From positions 85,657 through 149,656 of the forward strand of contig JBBCGZ010000003.1 of NCBI GenBank assembly GCA_037200305.1: a DNA stretch of 64,000 bases, written 5' to 3'. The translations under genes were made by a program, and so were the position numbers. This document shows positions 1-11,261 of the stretch, piece after piece (positions within the stretch are counted from its first letter, which is position 1; the number at the start of each line of letters is the position of its first letter). The notes beneath the pieces are model-generated. The model did not search any database. It saw nothing but the letters and a program-made list of their open reading frames with translations, and was not told the DNA's origin. The stretch is from Bacteroidota bacterium. Lineage in GTDB: Bacteria > Bacteroidota > Bacteroidia > Cytophagales > Cyclobacteriaceae.

Positions 1-637
1 CGAAGATCACTGCCGGTTTTTTAAATGTGTGTCGAAAGTAACTTGTAAGTCGGTCTTCCGAATATTTATAATCTGAAAAATGTGGCTGGGCAACATTCAG
101 TATTTCATTTCCGAGAATGAACTGGTTCGATCCAGATTGGTTGAGTGGGATCGCAACCTGTGCCTTCAATCGAAACCGATACGTATAGGGAACTGACGTG
201 CTGTTGTAGTAAGTCCGAAACTCCGGACGAAAACTATAGGTAAAAGAAATTTTCTTGATCTTATGTCGATAGTACAACCGCGAATAATAACGGATCTCAT
301 CCCTGATCTCCATGTCATCCACATCATACACGTCTTGCTTGCGAAAGCTGATCGCTCCAGACAGGCTCCAGCGATCGTTGAACCGATAGAGTCCACTGAC
401 ATCGATGACCGCGATGGCCGGTTTGTTTAACAGAGAATAATTGTCGGGATTACTTTCGCGTGAAGCGCCAAGGTAAATTGTGGTTTGCCATTTGGGTCCG
501 ATCTGTTGAGAGAAGCCGATCGCTCCCCAGGCAACCGCGCGTGTATCGTCGAGGCCAGGAGGCGAGATCTGTGAGAAGGCCGGCAAAAAAGCCGCAAATT
601 GAAGTAAAATTGAGCCTACGTAACGCACCAGTAACAT
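1..637 (-). CDS. Outer-membrane beta-barrel protein, DUF2490-like (3' end runs off the window)
   Basis: Read manually because it is missing from the ORF track. ATG at 637 gives MLLVRYVGSILLQFAAFLPAFSQISPPGLDDTRAVAWGAIGF...YRFRLKAQVAIPL..., open to the window edge, with a signal peptide and alternating aromatic/polar strands. Confidence 0.65.
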   Translation of the reverse strand, partial: MLLVRYVGSILLQFAAFLPAFSQISPPGLDDTRAVAWGAIGFSQQIGPKWQTTIYLGASRESNPDNYSLLNKPAIAVIDVSGLYRFNDRWSLSGAISFRKQDVYDVDDMEIRDEIRYYSRLYYRHKIKKISFTYSFRPEFRTYYNSTSVPYTYRFRLKAQVAIPLNQSGSNQFILGNEILNVAQPHFSDYKYSEDRLTSYFRHTFKKPAVIF

Positions 638-683
638 TCAAGTAATACAAAATTAACACACGAACTTGACTCCTCCTATTGTT

Positions 684-1963
684 GTGTCCTCTGAAACTGT
701 CGTCTGCTGCGTCGCGATCTCCGCCTTCACGACAACGCCGCGCTGTATCATGCACTGAAAGACAATAAGAACGTCCTCCTCATTTTTATCTTCGATAGCA
801 ACATTCTCGAGAAGCTCGACGATGACCACGATGCAAGGGTCACCTTCATTTATGAGTCACTGACAATTCTTAAAGTGGAGCTCGAAAAACATGGAAGCTC
901 GTTGATTGTCTTTCACGGCAAGCCTGTCGAAATCTTCAAGACCATCAGACCAAAAACAGTTTATACTAATCATGACTATGAACAATACGCGATAAAACGC
1001 GATGAAGCCGTTGGAAAAATTCCGGGCATCACTCTTCACACATTCAAAGACCAGTCATCTTCGAAAAAAATGAAGTTGTGAAAGACGATGGTACTCCATA
1101 CACCATCTTCACTCCATACAGTCGCAAGTGGAAAGCGAAGCTGGATAAGTTCTATACGAAAGGTTATCCCGTCGAAAAACTATCTCGGCAATCTTTACAA
1201 AACGAAACCCATTGAGTTTCCCTCGCTTGAATCACTCGGTTTCAAAAAGTCATCCATACAAGCTCCGCCGCGCCTCATAAAACAGGATGTCATCAATCAT
1301 TACAATCAAACCCGCGACTATCCGGGCACCCACGGCACGTCGCGACTCGGAGTTCACTTACGATTCGGCACTGTAAGTATCCGCGATCTCGTTCGATTAG
1401 CCTTGAAAAAGAACGAGACCTACCTGAACGAACTGATCTGGCGTGACTTCTATCAAATGATCTTGTGGCACTTCCCGCGCGTAGAACAACATGCATTTAA
1501 AGCGGCTTATGATAACATCGATTGGTTAAATGATTCCGACCAGTTCGACAAATGGTGTAAGGGACAAACCGGTTACCCGATTGTAGATGCTGGCATGCGC
1601 GAGCTTTCCGCAACCGGCTTCATGCACAACCGCGTGCGTATGATAACAGCAAGTTTTCTAACGAAGCATTTATTGATCGACTGGCGGTGGGGTGAAGCCT
1701 GGTTTGCATCTAAGCTTTTGGATTTCGATCTCGCTTCAAACAACGGCGGATGGCAATGGGCCGCCGGCTCCGGCTGTGACGCAGCTCCATATTTCCGGGT
1801 CTTCAATCCCACCACGCAAGCCGAAAAATTTGACTCCGAAAATATTTATGTTAAGAACTGGGTTCCGGAGCTTGGCACCGACCGCTACCCTGCCCCGATT
1901 GTTGAACACACAATGGCGAGAAACCGGGCAATACAGGCATACAAGAAAGCCCTGGCGTCGTAA
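684..1963 (+). CDS. phrB: Deoxyribodipyrimidine (CPD class I) photolyase, split by indels; start approximate
   Basis: RRDLRLHDNAALYHA near 710, and TSRLGVHLRFG, ELIWRDFY, GFMHNRVRM, SNNGGWQW and RVFNP in ORF 1088..1963. Fragments 875..1081 and 1088..1963 are collinear. Confidence 0.92.
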
Positions 1964-1972
1964 CTTTGCAGC

Positions 1973-2426
1973 ATGAACTGGATAACTCCGTGTTTGTGGA
2001 ATGATAGTGATCGGGACTTTTCTCGCTTGGGAATTCGTTGCCTGGTTCACACACAAGTACGTGATGCATGGTGTTCTTTGGGTCTGGCATCGATCGCACC
2101 ACACTGTTCACGATCATAAACTGGAACGAAACGATTGGTTCGCCGTGGTATTCAGCGTCCCATCAATCGCATTGTTTTATTATGGATCGGTTGCTACCTA
2201 CAATCCATATTTGATTGCCGTGGGTCTTGGGATCTTATGTTATGGGATCTTCTATGTTGTCTTCCACGACGTCATTGTGCATCAACGTTTGCGCTGGAGG
2301 CCGAAGCGACCGGGCAAATATTTGCAACGGATGATCAATGCACATTATGCGCATCATACTCGCCATACCAAAGAAAATTGTGAGGCGTTTGGGTTCCTAT
2401 ATGCTCCGAAGAAATACGAGAAATAA
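1973..2426 (+). CDS. crtZ: Beta-carotene hydroxylase / sterol desaturase family
   Basis: His boxes HKYVMHG, WHRSHH, HDVIVHQR and HYAHH, plus ERND. The probable true ATG is at 1973, with an indel before ORF 2001. Confidence 0.85.
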
Positions 2427-2479
2427 TTTGTGATCTGTGATTCGTCATTGACCGCGAATCACAAATCACGAATTACAAA
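2427..2479. repeat. Heptamer-built inverted repeat (hairpin) between convergent genes; possible bidirectional terminator
   Basis: TTTGTGATCTGTGATTCG, 10-nt loop, CGAATCACAAATCACGAA; the units are ATCACAA/ATCACGA/ATTACAA. Confidence 0.7.
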
Positions 2480-4894
2480 TTATTCATACCTCAAAGACTC
2501 CGCCGGATTCGATCTTGCTGCCTTTATAAAATGATAGCTCACAGTCAACCACGCAATTCCCGCCGCCAACGCTCCACTGATCACAAAGGCGCCAATCGTT
2601 AATGGCACACGGTAAGCGAACGAGCTCAGCCAGCTATCCATTGCATACCACGCCAACGCCGACGCTACCACGAAGGCAATACCAACAAGTATCATGAATT
2701 CTTTCGAAAGCAGCGAGCTCACCGACGACACCGAAGCGCCCATCACCTTCCTGATACCGATCTCCTTGGTACGTTGCTCTGCCGTGAACGATGCAAGTCC
2801 CAGCAAGCCGAGACACGCCACGAAAATTGCAATGCCGGTAAGTACCGTAAATACCTGGCCCAGGCGCTGCTCTTCTCTGAAAAGCTCATCGAAATTCTGG
2901 TCGAAGGAAAACGTATTCGAACGGATCGTTCGGAGCGATGCGTTTCCATTCCGCCTTCACTTTTTCGACAGCGTCTTTAGCAGATCCTTCGTAACGGATC
3001 GCGATGTTATTATGAACAGGGAAGAACTGGATTACCAGTGGCCTCACCTTCATCTTGAATGATTCGAAGTTGAAGTCTTTTACTACACCGATCACCTGCA
3101 TCTCGAATGGCTTCTCACCATTGTAGTTCATGATCTTCCTCTTCAGAACATCTCCCTCCCATCCAAATTCTTTTACGGCCGCTTCGTTGATCACACAAAC
3201 AGAAGAATCGGCCACGTGACCTTTTGTAAAGAATTCTCCTTGCTCCATTTCGAATTTCAAAGTGGTGGCCTGGTCGTAATCCGTATAGTACGTACCGAGA
3301 ATCCTGTCCTGATCTGTTCCGGCAACACGAAACACAGTAGTGTTGTTGATGCCAGGAAACACATTGTTCGTATAGCTCGACGACACTATTCCAGCCTGTG
3401 CTTCGATCAATTCTTTGAAGCTCTCGCGGTTCTTATCGAGACGACCGGTGTTTCGGAGGATCATCACGTTCTGTTTGTCCATCCCGATATTCTTTTCCTG
3501 GAGATAGTTCAACTGGTTGTATACGACAATAGTGGAGATGATAAGCCAGATCGATATCGCGAATTGCACCACAACCAGAACGCTCCGAATACCCTTGCTC
3601 TTCAGACCAGCCTTCATTTTCCCTTTCAGTACATCAACGGGCTTGAACGACGTGAGATAGAACGCTGGGTAGCTGCCGGCCATGAACGACACGAGCAGGA
3701 ACACGCCAATGACCGCCATCAACATCACCGGTTGCAGCATGGCCGAGAAGGTCATTTGCTTACCGGACAACAATTGGAACGACGGTATCAGCAGGTACAC
3801 CAGGGCTATCGCAATAACAGTCCCAGCCAAAGTATAAATGAACGACTCCGAAAGAAATTGCAGTACGAGTTTGCTTCGTTGCGAACGCGAGTGTCTTCCT
3901 CAAGGCCAACCTCCTTCGCACGACTCGCCGAGCGTGCTGTCGACAGGTTCATGAAGTTGATACAGGCAATCACCAAAATGAATGCACCCACGGCACCGAG
4001 AATATAAACATACTTGATGTCGCTCTTCGGCTGGAGTGAATCCATCAGTTCCGTCTGGTACAAATGAATGTCCTTCGCAGGAAAAATGTAGTATGAATAA
4101 AATCCCACCGTTCTTTCGAATTCTTCGAATGAAATACCAAAAACCTTGCTCAAGCTCCGGACCAACATGCTCCTTCACAGCTTGCCGCAGTTTTTTCATT
4201 GACACTGGCAACCGTTGTATTCGGATTCTTACGGATTATAAGTATACAGACCATTATTAGTCCATGTCTGGCCCTTCATGTTCTCGTCAGACACACCCGA
4301 GAAAAGCACGTCGTACTTGATCGAAGAGTTTCCCGGGGCCTCCTCCGAAATACCAGTCACTTTGTAAGCCTTATTGTCGTTGCCAACGGTCACGATCTTA
4401 CCGACGGCCTGGTCGGTGCCAAAGTAACGCTTGGCTGCTTTTGTCGTCATCACCAGCGTATTCGGTTCTTTGAGAACCTGTTTCAGATCGCCCTCGAGCA
4501 AGCGAAAGCTAAAGAACTCGAAGAAATTGCTGTCGGCAAAGTAAGCTTCCGTTTCTGTGAATGCCTTGTCATCGAACTTCATTACCACGTTTCCATATTG
4601 GCGGATACGTGTTGCTTCTTCAACACCTGGAATGCCCTGCACCATTGCTTGCGAAAGCGGGGGACTTGAGCTCCCGGTATGAAGTTCTTGCCCTCCTATC
4701 CTTCCGTGCAGCGCAACAGAATAAATGTTCTCATAATCTTTGTGGAATTCGTCGTATGTGAGCTCATCGAGAACATACAACCCAATGAGGAAACAGGAAG
4801 CAAGTCCTAACGCAAGGCCTGAGATGTTAAGGGCCGAATAGAACTTATGTTTAAGAATATTCCTAAACGCGATCTTGAAATAATTTTGAAACAT
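2480..4894 (-). CDS. Large MacB/FtsX-type ABC transporter permease (about 800 aa), split by several indels
   Basis: MFQNYFKIAFRNI start, ACINFMNLSTARSASRAKEVG, RTKEIGIRKVMGAS and NPAESLRYE end, spread over collinear ORF fragments. Confidence 0.88.
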
Positions 4895-4908
4895 AGTGGG
4901 TAAGATAA

Positions 4909-7298
4909 CTATTCGTCTCTTAAAACATTTACAGGGTTCATCTTTGCGGTACTATACGTCTTGAACGACACCGTGAGCGCGGATGTCACCAGCATGAGCG
5001 CGGACGAGATTACCATCGTGGCCACTGTCGTTTGTTTGAAGAAATCCCAAATGCTTGCCATCAGCATCTCGGCCATGAACGGACCTAGCCAGGCACCTGC
5101 AAGGCATGAAACTAATAGAATAATCGCAAACTCTGTATTGATCACCTTTGATATGTTGCTAATTGAAGCTCCAAGTACTTTTCGAACTCCAATCTCTTTC
5201 ATTTTCTTAATAATATTCAACGACACTAGTGTGAACAGTCCCCGTGACCGAAAGCATCAGGGCAACGACACCGAGGAATCCGAACATCTTCACGATATTG
5301 GCATTGACCTGATTCGCCTCCTGCATTTCAGCTTCTGTATACTGACTTTGCAAACTTCCTGTTCGGGAACACATCATGCCAATGATCTTCCATATACTTG
5401 TTTATACTGGGAAGTTTTTCAGCGGGAGCGCTCAGGCTCAGGTGCCTGTAATCGGCCGGCGGAGCATAGCGAACATCGTTGGTTGATATTCCTGCCACAG
5501 TCCACGGGTGTAAATATCTTTCATAACGCCGACACATAAAACTTCGCAGTATCCATCCACACGACTTCTTTTCCGATAGGATCGTCCATACCGAGCATTC
5601 TGGCCATTTTTTCAGAGACGATCACCGACTCTTTGCGATCAGTTTCAGAATCTTTCTGGAAATTCCGGCCAGCTGTAAGTGTAATGCCCAGTGTAGTAAG
5701 GTAGTCCGGACTTACGTGAAGTATGTCGACTTCGATTTCTTTCGAGTTATGTTTTACCGGATCGCTGTATGAGTTCGACATGATCTGGTGCTCCGATCCC
5801 GCAATTGAAATTACATCGGGATTCTGGGACATCACATTGCGAAGAGCATTGTATTCGTCTTCGTTACCAACCCAGGTATACATCGATCCATAACGGTTGT
5901 AGCCCAAATCGAGATCGCGCTGATATTTTGAATTATCGATAAACGCAAGGCCACAAACAATAGCGACGAGTGATATTGCGAACTGTGTACCCAGTAAGAT
6001 CTTCGATAGCCAGCTTGCTCCGCCAAATTTTTGTTTGCCTTTGAGAATTGCAGTTGGTTGAAACTTACTGATGTAGAACGCCGGGTAAGCTCCCGCCAAC
6101 AAACTTGTGAACAACAGCACGACGATGAGTACAAAAAGAAATTCAGGATTACCAAAATAGTCGGCCTTTAGTTTCATGTACGGCCACATTTCATTGAATT
6201 GCGGAATCAAAAATAAATCGGCTATTAACATGCCGAACAACAATGCAACAAAGCACACGAAAGCGGTTTCACCAATGAATTGAAATATAAGTTGATTCCT
6301 CTTCACACCCATCACCTTACGGATACCGATCTCCTTCAATCTTCGCGACGACATCGCCACGGAAGTGTTTGTCAGGTTAAAGCACGCGATCAACAAAATA
6401 AGGTATAGCCATTACAGCACAACCCACAACGGCCGCCAACGGCGAAGCATTGCGTGTCCATGTACCTTCCCTCTTATTGTATTCATCTCGTGTTGCCATA
6501 CCAACAAAAGGATCCAGGTGAAATCCACTCATCACAAAATCCTCACGAACTTTATTGTTATTCTCTGCAAAAGGCTTCATCTGGCCTTCGATCACTGAAA
6601 GCCTGCCTGCATCGGGGATCATCACGAAAGTATTCGAACGATATTTCCAGTTCGTCGCGTTGAGCATGTCCTTATCGAGATCGTACAGGTTATCATACAG
6701 CATGAATGCCCCATTGTCATTGAAACTCGAGTTGATGGGCGGAAGCTTGTAGACTGCGCCAACTTCCCACTCCTTCGTCGGCTGCCCGTTCTGGATCAGC
6801 GACATCGTTTTACCAACGGCGCTTACGGTACCAAACAACCTGATGGCATTCTCATCGCTGATCAGGACCTTTGATTTATCCTTTATAGCATCTGCATTGC
6901 CCTCGATGAACTCGAAGGTGAACATATCGAACATGTCCCTGTCAACATAGCTGACCACGTTATCGAAAAACCTCATCACCAATACGGACGTCGTTGTAGC
7001 GCGCATCGTATCGTGTGATCCTGGTGATGTCTTTCATGTTTGCCCGTGCGATCTCGGCAAGTGGAAGCGGACTCACTCCATACTCGGTATCGCGATCCTG
7101 AAAGTGACGGATCGAGTTGATCCGGTATATCTCAGAGGCATTCTGATGATTGTTGTCGAACGACGCATTGAAGTTCCAGTTGTAATATGCGGTGATGCAA
7201 CATCCGATGGATATCGCCATGCCAATTACGTTAATGAACATGTACACTTTGCTCTTCAACATGCTTCGCAAAGTGATCAGGAAATAGTTTTTAAACAT
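4909..7298 (-). CDS. Second large MacB/FtsX-type ABC transporter permease, split by indels
   Basis: MFKNYFLITLRS start, ACFNLTNTSVAMSSRRLKEIGIRKV, KEIGVRKVLGAS and NPVNVLRDE end. Confidence 0.88.
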
Positions 7299-7360
7299 CA
7301 GCTGGGTTTGAAGTGGGTACAGCTAAGACGCTTATAATGCAGATTGGGTTGCACTCAAAT

Positions 7361-7389
7361 AAAAAAACCCTGTAGCAGGTGCTACAGGG
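7361..7389 (-). terminator. Intrinsic terminator between the ABC ATPase gene and the permease genes
   Basis: Minus strand reads CCCTGTAGC-ACCT-GCTACAGGG followed by a T7 tract. Confidence 0.8.
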
Positions 7390-7457
7390 CTTTCCTAACC
7401 TAAACCTAAACTATGAGAACGCATCAAGGTGAATTGGCTGACGCACCCTGAAATCTT

Positions 7458-7488
7458 TCCTGAAGCAGTCCTGACGGACGCTTCAGGA
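7458..7488 (-). other. Stem-loop just after the ATPase stop codon
   Basis: TCCTGAAGC...GCTTCAGGA 9-bp arms with an inner GTC/GAC pair set. Confidence 0.55.
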
Positions 7489-7497
7489 GCCTTTCGA

Positions 7498-8193
7498 CTA
7501 AATATGAAAATGTTCTTTGATGTTCTCAGTCACAACCTTACCGTCGAACAAGTTCACGATACGGTGTGCGTAGTTTGCATCATAAGGTGAGTGCGTCACC
7601 ATTACGATGGTTGTTCCTTCTTCGTTCAATTGCGGACAGGAGCTTCATTACCTCTTCGCCGTTTGCAGAGTCGAGGTTACCTGTAGGTTCATCGGCAAGT
7701 ATCACTCTTGGTTTCGCAACGATCGCACGAGAGATCGCAACACGCTGTTGCTGACCACCCGACAACTGCTGAGGGAAGTGATTGCGACGGTGCATGATGT
7801 TCATGCGCTCCAATACTTCTTCTACTCTTTTCTTACGCTCATCCGAAGGAACCTTCATGTAGAGCAAAGGGAGTTCAACGTTTCATAAACAGTAAGCTCA
7901 TCGATCAGGTTGAAGCTCTGGAACACAAAGCCTATCGAACCTTTACGGAGCTGAGCACGCTGGCGCTCTGAATATTTAGATACTTCGTGCTCACCGAAAT
8001 GATACTCACCATTTGTGGGGTTATCGAGCAAGCCGAGGATGTTAAGGAGAGTAGATTTACCGCAACCTGAAGGACCCATGATCGCAACAAACTCACCCTC
8101 TTTGATCTCGAGGTTGATGCTGTTGAGGGCCGTTGTTTCTACCTCTTCCGTGGTATACACCTTCTCGAGGTTTTTCAGTTTAATCATGCTCAT
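7498..8193 (-). CDS. ABC transporter ATP-binding protein (LolD/MacB type), split by indels
   Basis: Walker [21 protein letters not shown] and ADEPTGNLD; the C-terminus [12 protein letters not shown]...EHFHI* was read manually. Confidence 0.92.
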
Positions 8194-8364
8194 GCGTTTA
8201 GCTGGTTTAAGTTTAGATGTTGGAGGAATGAATTTAGTTTTATGGAGTACTTGTTAATTTACAAAAGGTTACCGAGTGAATCAACTAGCATACGATTAGA
8301 CGCCGTCTTATCCAAATAGTTGCATCCCAAGGGTCAAATTGATGTTACGATGTAGTGAACTGCC

Positions 8365-9613
8365 TTAATTCAGTATCAAAACCTCGTTGTTACCAAAGTT
8401 TTCGTACGAAGAGGTAATGACGCGGTCGCCCGTTCCAGGCCTTCCAATACCTCAAAATAGTCAGGGCTCTTCCTTCCCAGCTTGATATCGCGCTTCACCG
8501 CCTGATTGTTATTATCCAGTACGAACACCCAGTTTCCACCGGTGTCTTTATAAAATCCGCCCACAGGCAACAGCAACTCTTCCGACGACAGACCGAGTTC
8601 GATCCTCAGGCGGAGCGACAAACCTCTTCTGAGACCGTCGGGCTGACCACCCTCGAATTCCATATCCACCTGGAAGCGACCCCCCACGATGTCGGGATAC
8701 CTTTTTGTTATTACCAGACCATAAGACTTGCCCGCAAATTCAGTGGTTGCATGAAGCCCTGTCGAGATACGAGGGAGATACAATTCGTCGATAGGCACGT
8801 TCACGTTATACTTGCCCATAACGTCGACCTGCCCAAGGCGCTGACCGGTGGTTACAGATTGTCCAACATCCCAATGCTGGGGGATATGAAAGCTGTCCAT
8901 CGATCGGTGTCTTGATGGAAGATTGTCGAGTACGGTATGGAGACCATCAAGGCTCCGGATCATTTGCTGCTCCGACAATTTTGTCGACGAAAGTGAACGA
9001 ACGCGATCGGCAGAATCGGTCTGATATGCTTCGTACTGGATCCTGTAACTATCCCTGTTAAGTCTGTAGTTGGATTCTGCTATTCGTAATCCTGTTTTGA
9101 AATGAGTTTCTTCTCGAACAGGCCTTTGGCACGTATAAATTGTGGACCAAGAACGTCGAGCTGCTGCTGGATACGCGCAAGGTTCAGACGCTGGTCTGTA
9201 TCCATTCTTTTGAGCTGTACCTGTGTTTCACGGGCGCGGTTGATACTTTCGTTGAAACTTGCCTGCTGGCCAAGCACTGAAAGCTCGCGGTTGAAGTTAC
9301 TGAGCTCCATGATAACGTCGCCTGCTTTAAGTATGGCGCCGGATTCTCTTGATATCTTCTTGATGTTACCGCCCTCTACAACGTCGAGGTAGACGGTATT
9401 GGCGGGTCTCACTTCACCTGTCTGCGGGATGGTCTCCTGGAAAATGCCACGCTTCACTTCAGAAACGGTGATCTTATTGATGTCGACCTTGAGCCTGCTC
9501 CGACGGTCGGCCCAAATAAACTGATATGCAATAAATATGATCAAAAGAGCGCCTCCACCCCAGGTAGCGACCTTCTTGACAGTGAATCTTTTCTTTTTAA
9601 TCTGTTTGTCCAT
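8365..9613 (-). CDS. Efflux membrane-fusion (periplasmic adaptor, MacA/HlyD-like) protein, split by indels
   Basis: N-terminal TM helix, coiled coil and lipoyl-like segments; C-terminus GGNWVFVLD...GDRVITSSYENFG. Confidence 0.85.
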
Positions 9614-9653
9614 GAAAAGCGAGTGGTATAATGGTTTTTGGGCTTGCCTATTG

Positions 9654-9669
9654 CCAACAAGTGTGCCAA
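9654..9669 (-). promoter_or_regulatory. Putative sigma54 (-24/-12) promoter of the export operon
   Basis: Minus strand TTGGCAC-ACTTG-TTGG about 40 nt upstream of the adaptor ATG; the divergent gene is a sigma54 activator. Confidence 0.7.
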
Positions 9670-9721
9670 CGAAGGAACCCGCTATTTTGATGCGTAATGG
9701 ACATTTTTAATAGATATTTCT

Positions 9722-9757
9722 CGTTCAGCACTGAACGCACATGTCCGCAAGCGGACG
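9722..9757. promoter_or_regulatory. Tandem palindromes, candidate enhancer (UAS) of the adjacent bEBP
   Basis: CGTTCAG-CA-CTGAACG (9722-9737) and GTCCGC-AA-GCGGAC (9743-9756) share GTYCR-N4-YGRAC and are 20 bp apart centre to centre. Confidence 0.6.
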
Positions 9758-9872
9758 GGGCGAACAATTCGAATCTTGCCAAAAACCGCCATTTTCAAGT
9801 GATTTCGGAAATCCCCGTTTTCGGCCTTATTGTTGCCCGAAGGCGGACGGTACCGACCAATTTCAACCACCT

Positions 9873-11261
9873 ATGTCTGAAAACAAACAGGGAAAAATCC
9901 TTATCGTAGACGACAACGAAGACCTCCTTAAGGCAGCCAAGATGTTCCTGAAGCGCCATATGGCCCAGGTCGATATCGAAAAGAATCCCGAAGCTATTCC
10001 TGCCCTCATGAGCAACGACAACTACGACGTCATCCTGCTTGATATGAACTTCACCAAAGATGTGAGCAGTGGCAGCGAGGGTTATTTTCTGGCTTGAAAA
10101 GATATTACAGATCGATCCGGTCGGCGGGGGTTGTAGTGAGGTACGGCTTATGGAGACGTGCAGATGGCTGTAAGGGCCATCAAGGCCGGCGCTACAGACT
10201 TTGTGTTGAAGCCCTGGGAGAACGACAAACTTCTGGCCACGCTTTTTTCTGCAATGCGCTTACGCGAATCCCGTGATGAAGTCCATACCCTTCGGATCAA
10301 GAACCAGGAGTTCAACCAGGTACAAAATGAAAAATATTCAGACATCATCGGAAGCAGTTCCGCGATGCAGAAGATCTTTCAGACCATCGATCGTGTTGCG
10401 CACACCGATGCGAACGTTGTTGATACTTGGAGAGAACCGGAACGGGTAAAGAATTAATCGCACGTGCAATTCATAGAAACTCCGCAAGAAAGAATGAGTC
10501 GTTCGTGAGTGTTGATCTTGGATCGATAACGGAAAACACTTTTCGAGAGCGAGCTATTTGGTCATAAGAAAGGTGCATTCACAGATGCGAAGGAAGACAG
10601 ACCGGGTCGATTTGAAATGGCCAATGGAGGCACGCTGTTTTTGGATGAGATCGGGAACTTGTCGATGCCCTTGCAGGCGAAATTATTGACGGTGATTCAG
10701 AATAGAAGAGTAAGTCGTGTGGGAGCTAACAAAGAAACGCAGGTTGACATCCGACTAAATCTGTGCCACAAACATGCCGTTGTATGACATGTGAAGGAGA
10801 ATCGTTTCAGACAGGATCTTCTTTACAGGATCAACACCATTGAAATCGAGATTCCTTCGTTGCGCGATCGCATGGAAGATATCCCGCTATTGGCAACACA
10901 CTTCCTGAAACAATACTCGGGGAAGTATTCGAAGAGTATCTCGAAGATCAGTGAGGGGGCAATGGCGAGAATGCATAAGCATCCGTGGCCGGGAAATATT
11001 CGTGAGCTGCAACACTCGTTGGAGCGTGCGATCATTCTGAGTAACTCATCGGTGTTGCAACCGGAAGATTTCAATTTCACTGTTGGTACTTCGAAGGAGA
11101 CCGATCAGAATCTTCGTTGGATCAGTATAATCTCGATGAGGTTGAAAAGTTGCTGATCCGTAAGGTTTTGAAGAAGTATAATGGTAATATCACGCAGGCA
11201 GCTTCCGTGTTGGATTGACCAGATCGTCCCTCTACAGAAGGCTGGAGAAACATGCCTTTAA
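9873..11261 (+). CDS. Sigma54-dependent response regulator (NtrC family: REC-AAA+-HTH), split by indels
   Basis: [56 protein letters not shown], and Fis-like [13 protein letters not shown]. Confidence 0.9.

Noticed and set aside
3216-4007. 263-aa plus-strand ORF, and similar long ORFs at 47947..48891 (+) and 58350..59093 (-)
   Set aside because: Antisense shadows of well-supported genes (permease, SpoIIE phosphatase, MBL hydrolase), with no recognisable motifs.
11215-11261. Apparent fusion of a Fis-type HTH tail to the histidine kinase
   Set aside because: One missing G in CATG(G)CCTTTAA explains it. Restoring it ends the regulator at HGL* and starts the kinase at MAFNDF.
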